A DNA stretch of 64,000 bases from Podarcis bocagei. Its lineage: Eukaryota. Below, piece after piece: positions 63,280-64,000 of this stretch. The notes below the pieces were generated by a model. That model was not told where the DNA came from, did not search any database, and was given only the letters and a program-made list of their open reading frames with translations. Numbering within the stretch: the stretch's first letter is position 1; each line of letters starts with the position of its first letter. The DNA is taken from assembly GCA_964188305.1 (NCBI GenBank), contig OZ076887.1. One strand, given 5' to 3'. Position numbers and translations under genes: made by a program.

Positions 63280-64000
63280 TGTGATGGCCTGGGATTCCGA
63301 GTCTGAGAGTGAACCGGAGGAATCCCAGCTGGCACAGGAGTCCCCGCCTCCAGGGCCGGCCGAACTGGGGCAAGGCCTAGATGCTGAGGAGCCTGCACCT
63401 GTGCCAGATCCTCAGGGGCAGGCACCAGGTGAAACCATTCTGGCCCCAGAGGTGCTGGAGGACTCAGTGGCTACAGGTGAGCCTCCCCCGGGGCCCAGTA
63501 ACCCTTCGGCCTCTCCTGAACTGCAGAGGCTTAGGGCAGAGAGGCAAATGGAACTGGTTTCTCCCAGGAGGAGTGCTCGCCTTAAGGCCAAGAGAGGTGG
63601 GGCTCCTGGGGGCCGGGACCGCCCCCGGCCTTAGAAGAAGATAAAGGCCAGGCAGCCCGGTCCCAGGTTGCGGGAGCAACGTCGTTGTGGAGTACCTGCT
63701 TTGCCCAGACCTAGATCAGCACTCCCAGTGTGCCTGTTCCTCGCCTGGCTTCCTGCTGCTGACTCTCCGGTGTTCCTGTTCCTCGCCCGGCTTCCTGCTA
63801 CTACTATCCGGTGTTCCTGTTCCTCGCCCGGCTTCCTGCTACTACTCTCCGGTGTTCCTGTTCCTCACCCCGCTGCCCGCTGCGGACCTACTCGTGTTCC
63901 TGATCCCCGCCTGGCTTCCTGCTGCTGCCCTTCCAGCGTTCCTGTTCCCCTGCCTGGATCCCTGTTTCGGACCTCGCGTCTCATCCAGTGTTCGTCTACC
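63280..64000 (+). mobile_element. Young Gypsy-like LTR (runs off the window) with a U3 ORF and 41-bp tandem repeats
   Basis: Starts TGTGATGG at the SINE breakpoint. CpG-rich, TATA-like GATAAAGG at ~63640. ccggtgttcc recurs at 63767, 63808 and 63849 (period 41). Confidence 0.75.
63284..63634 (+). CDS. 116-aa acidic/Pro-rich ORF with C-terminal RRSARL basic motif inside LTR U3
   Basis: ATG 4 nt inside the LTR (GTGATGG) and stop just before the TATA-like box. MAWDSESESEPEE...SPRRSARLKAKRGG. Confidence 0.45.
   Translation: MAWDSESESEPEESQLAQESPPPGPAELGQGLDAEEPAPVPDPQGQAPGETILAPEVLEDSVATGEPPPGPSNPSASPELQRLRAERQMELVSPRRSARLKAKRGGAPGGRDRPRP

Noticed and set aside
63728-63960. CRISPR-like array
   Set aside because: Head-to-tail 41-bp tandem repeats with no unique spacers, inside a eukaryotic LTR.

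Overview
Repeat-rich vertebrate genomic DNA, most likely a squamate and probably a lacertid lizard, judged from Sauria SINEs, BovB/RTE, L2, CR1, L1 and many hAT and Tc1/mariner MITEs. A CpG island at about 3.6-4.35 kb looks like the promoter and first exon(s) of a large + strand host gene that I cannot identify; the rest of the window reads as its intron(s). The main feature is a very young class I (HERV-I/ERV3-like) provirus at 5555-11737. It has two apparently identical 383-bp LTRs, a 5-bp TSD (TACAG), a tRNA-Lys1,2 PBS and a PPT, and it sits in sense orientation inside a hAT MITE about 1.4 kb downstream of the first exon. Its interior is a scrambled mosaic: gag MA stub, ~1.2 kb host-like DNA, RT thumb to RNase H, an out-of-order gag CA fragment, ~0.7 kb host-like DNA ending in a splice acceptor, and two integrase fragments. 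The 3' module is clean: a 74-aa Cys-rich ORF between pol and env whose stop overlaps the env start (ATGA), and an open 324-aa signal-peptide-bearing, SU-only Env. The LTR R region starts with a fully paired 14-bp hairpin. Other points of interest are ENE-like U-rich internal-loop hairpins with compensatory changes in two DIRS/Ngaro-like repeats, and an LTR at the window end whose U3 encodes a 116-aa acidic/Pro-rich protein ending in RRSARL. All family assignments are from recalled motifs, not database searches.
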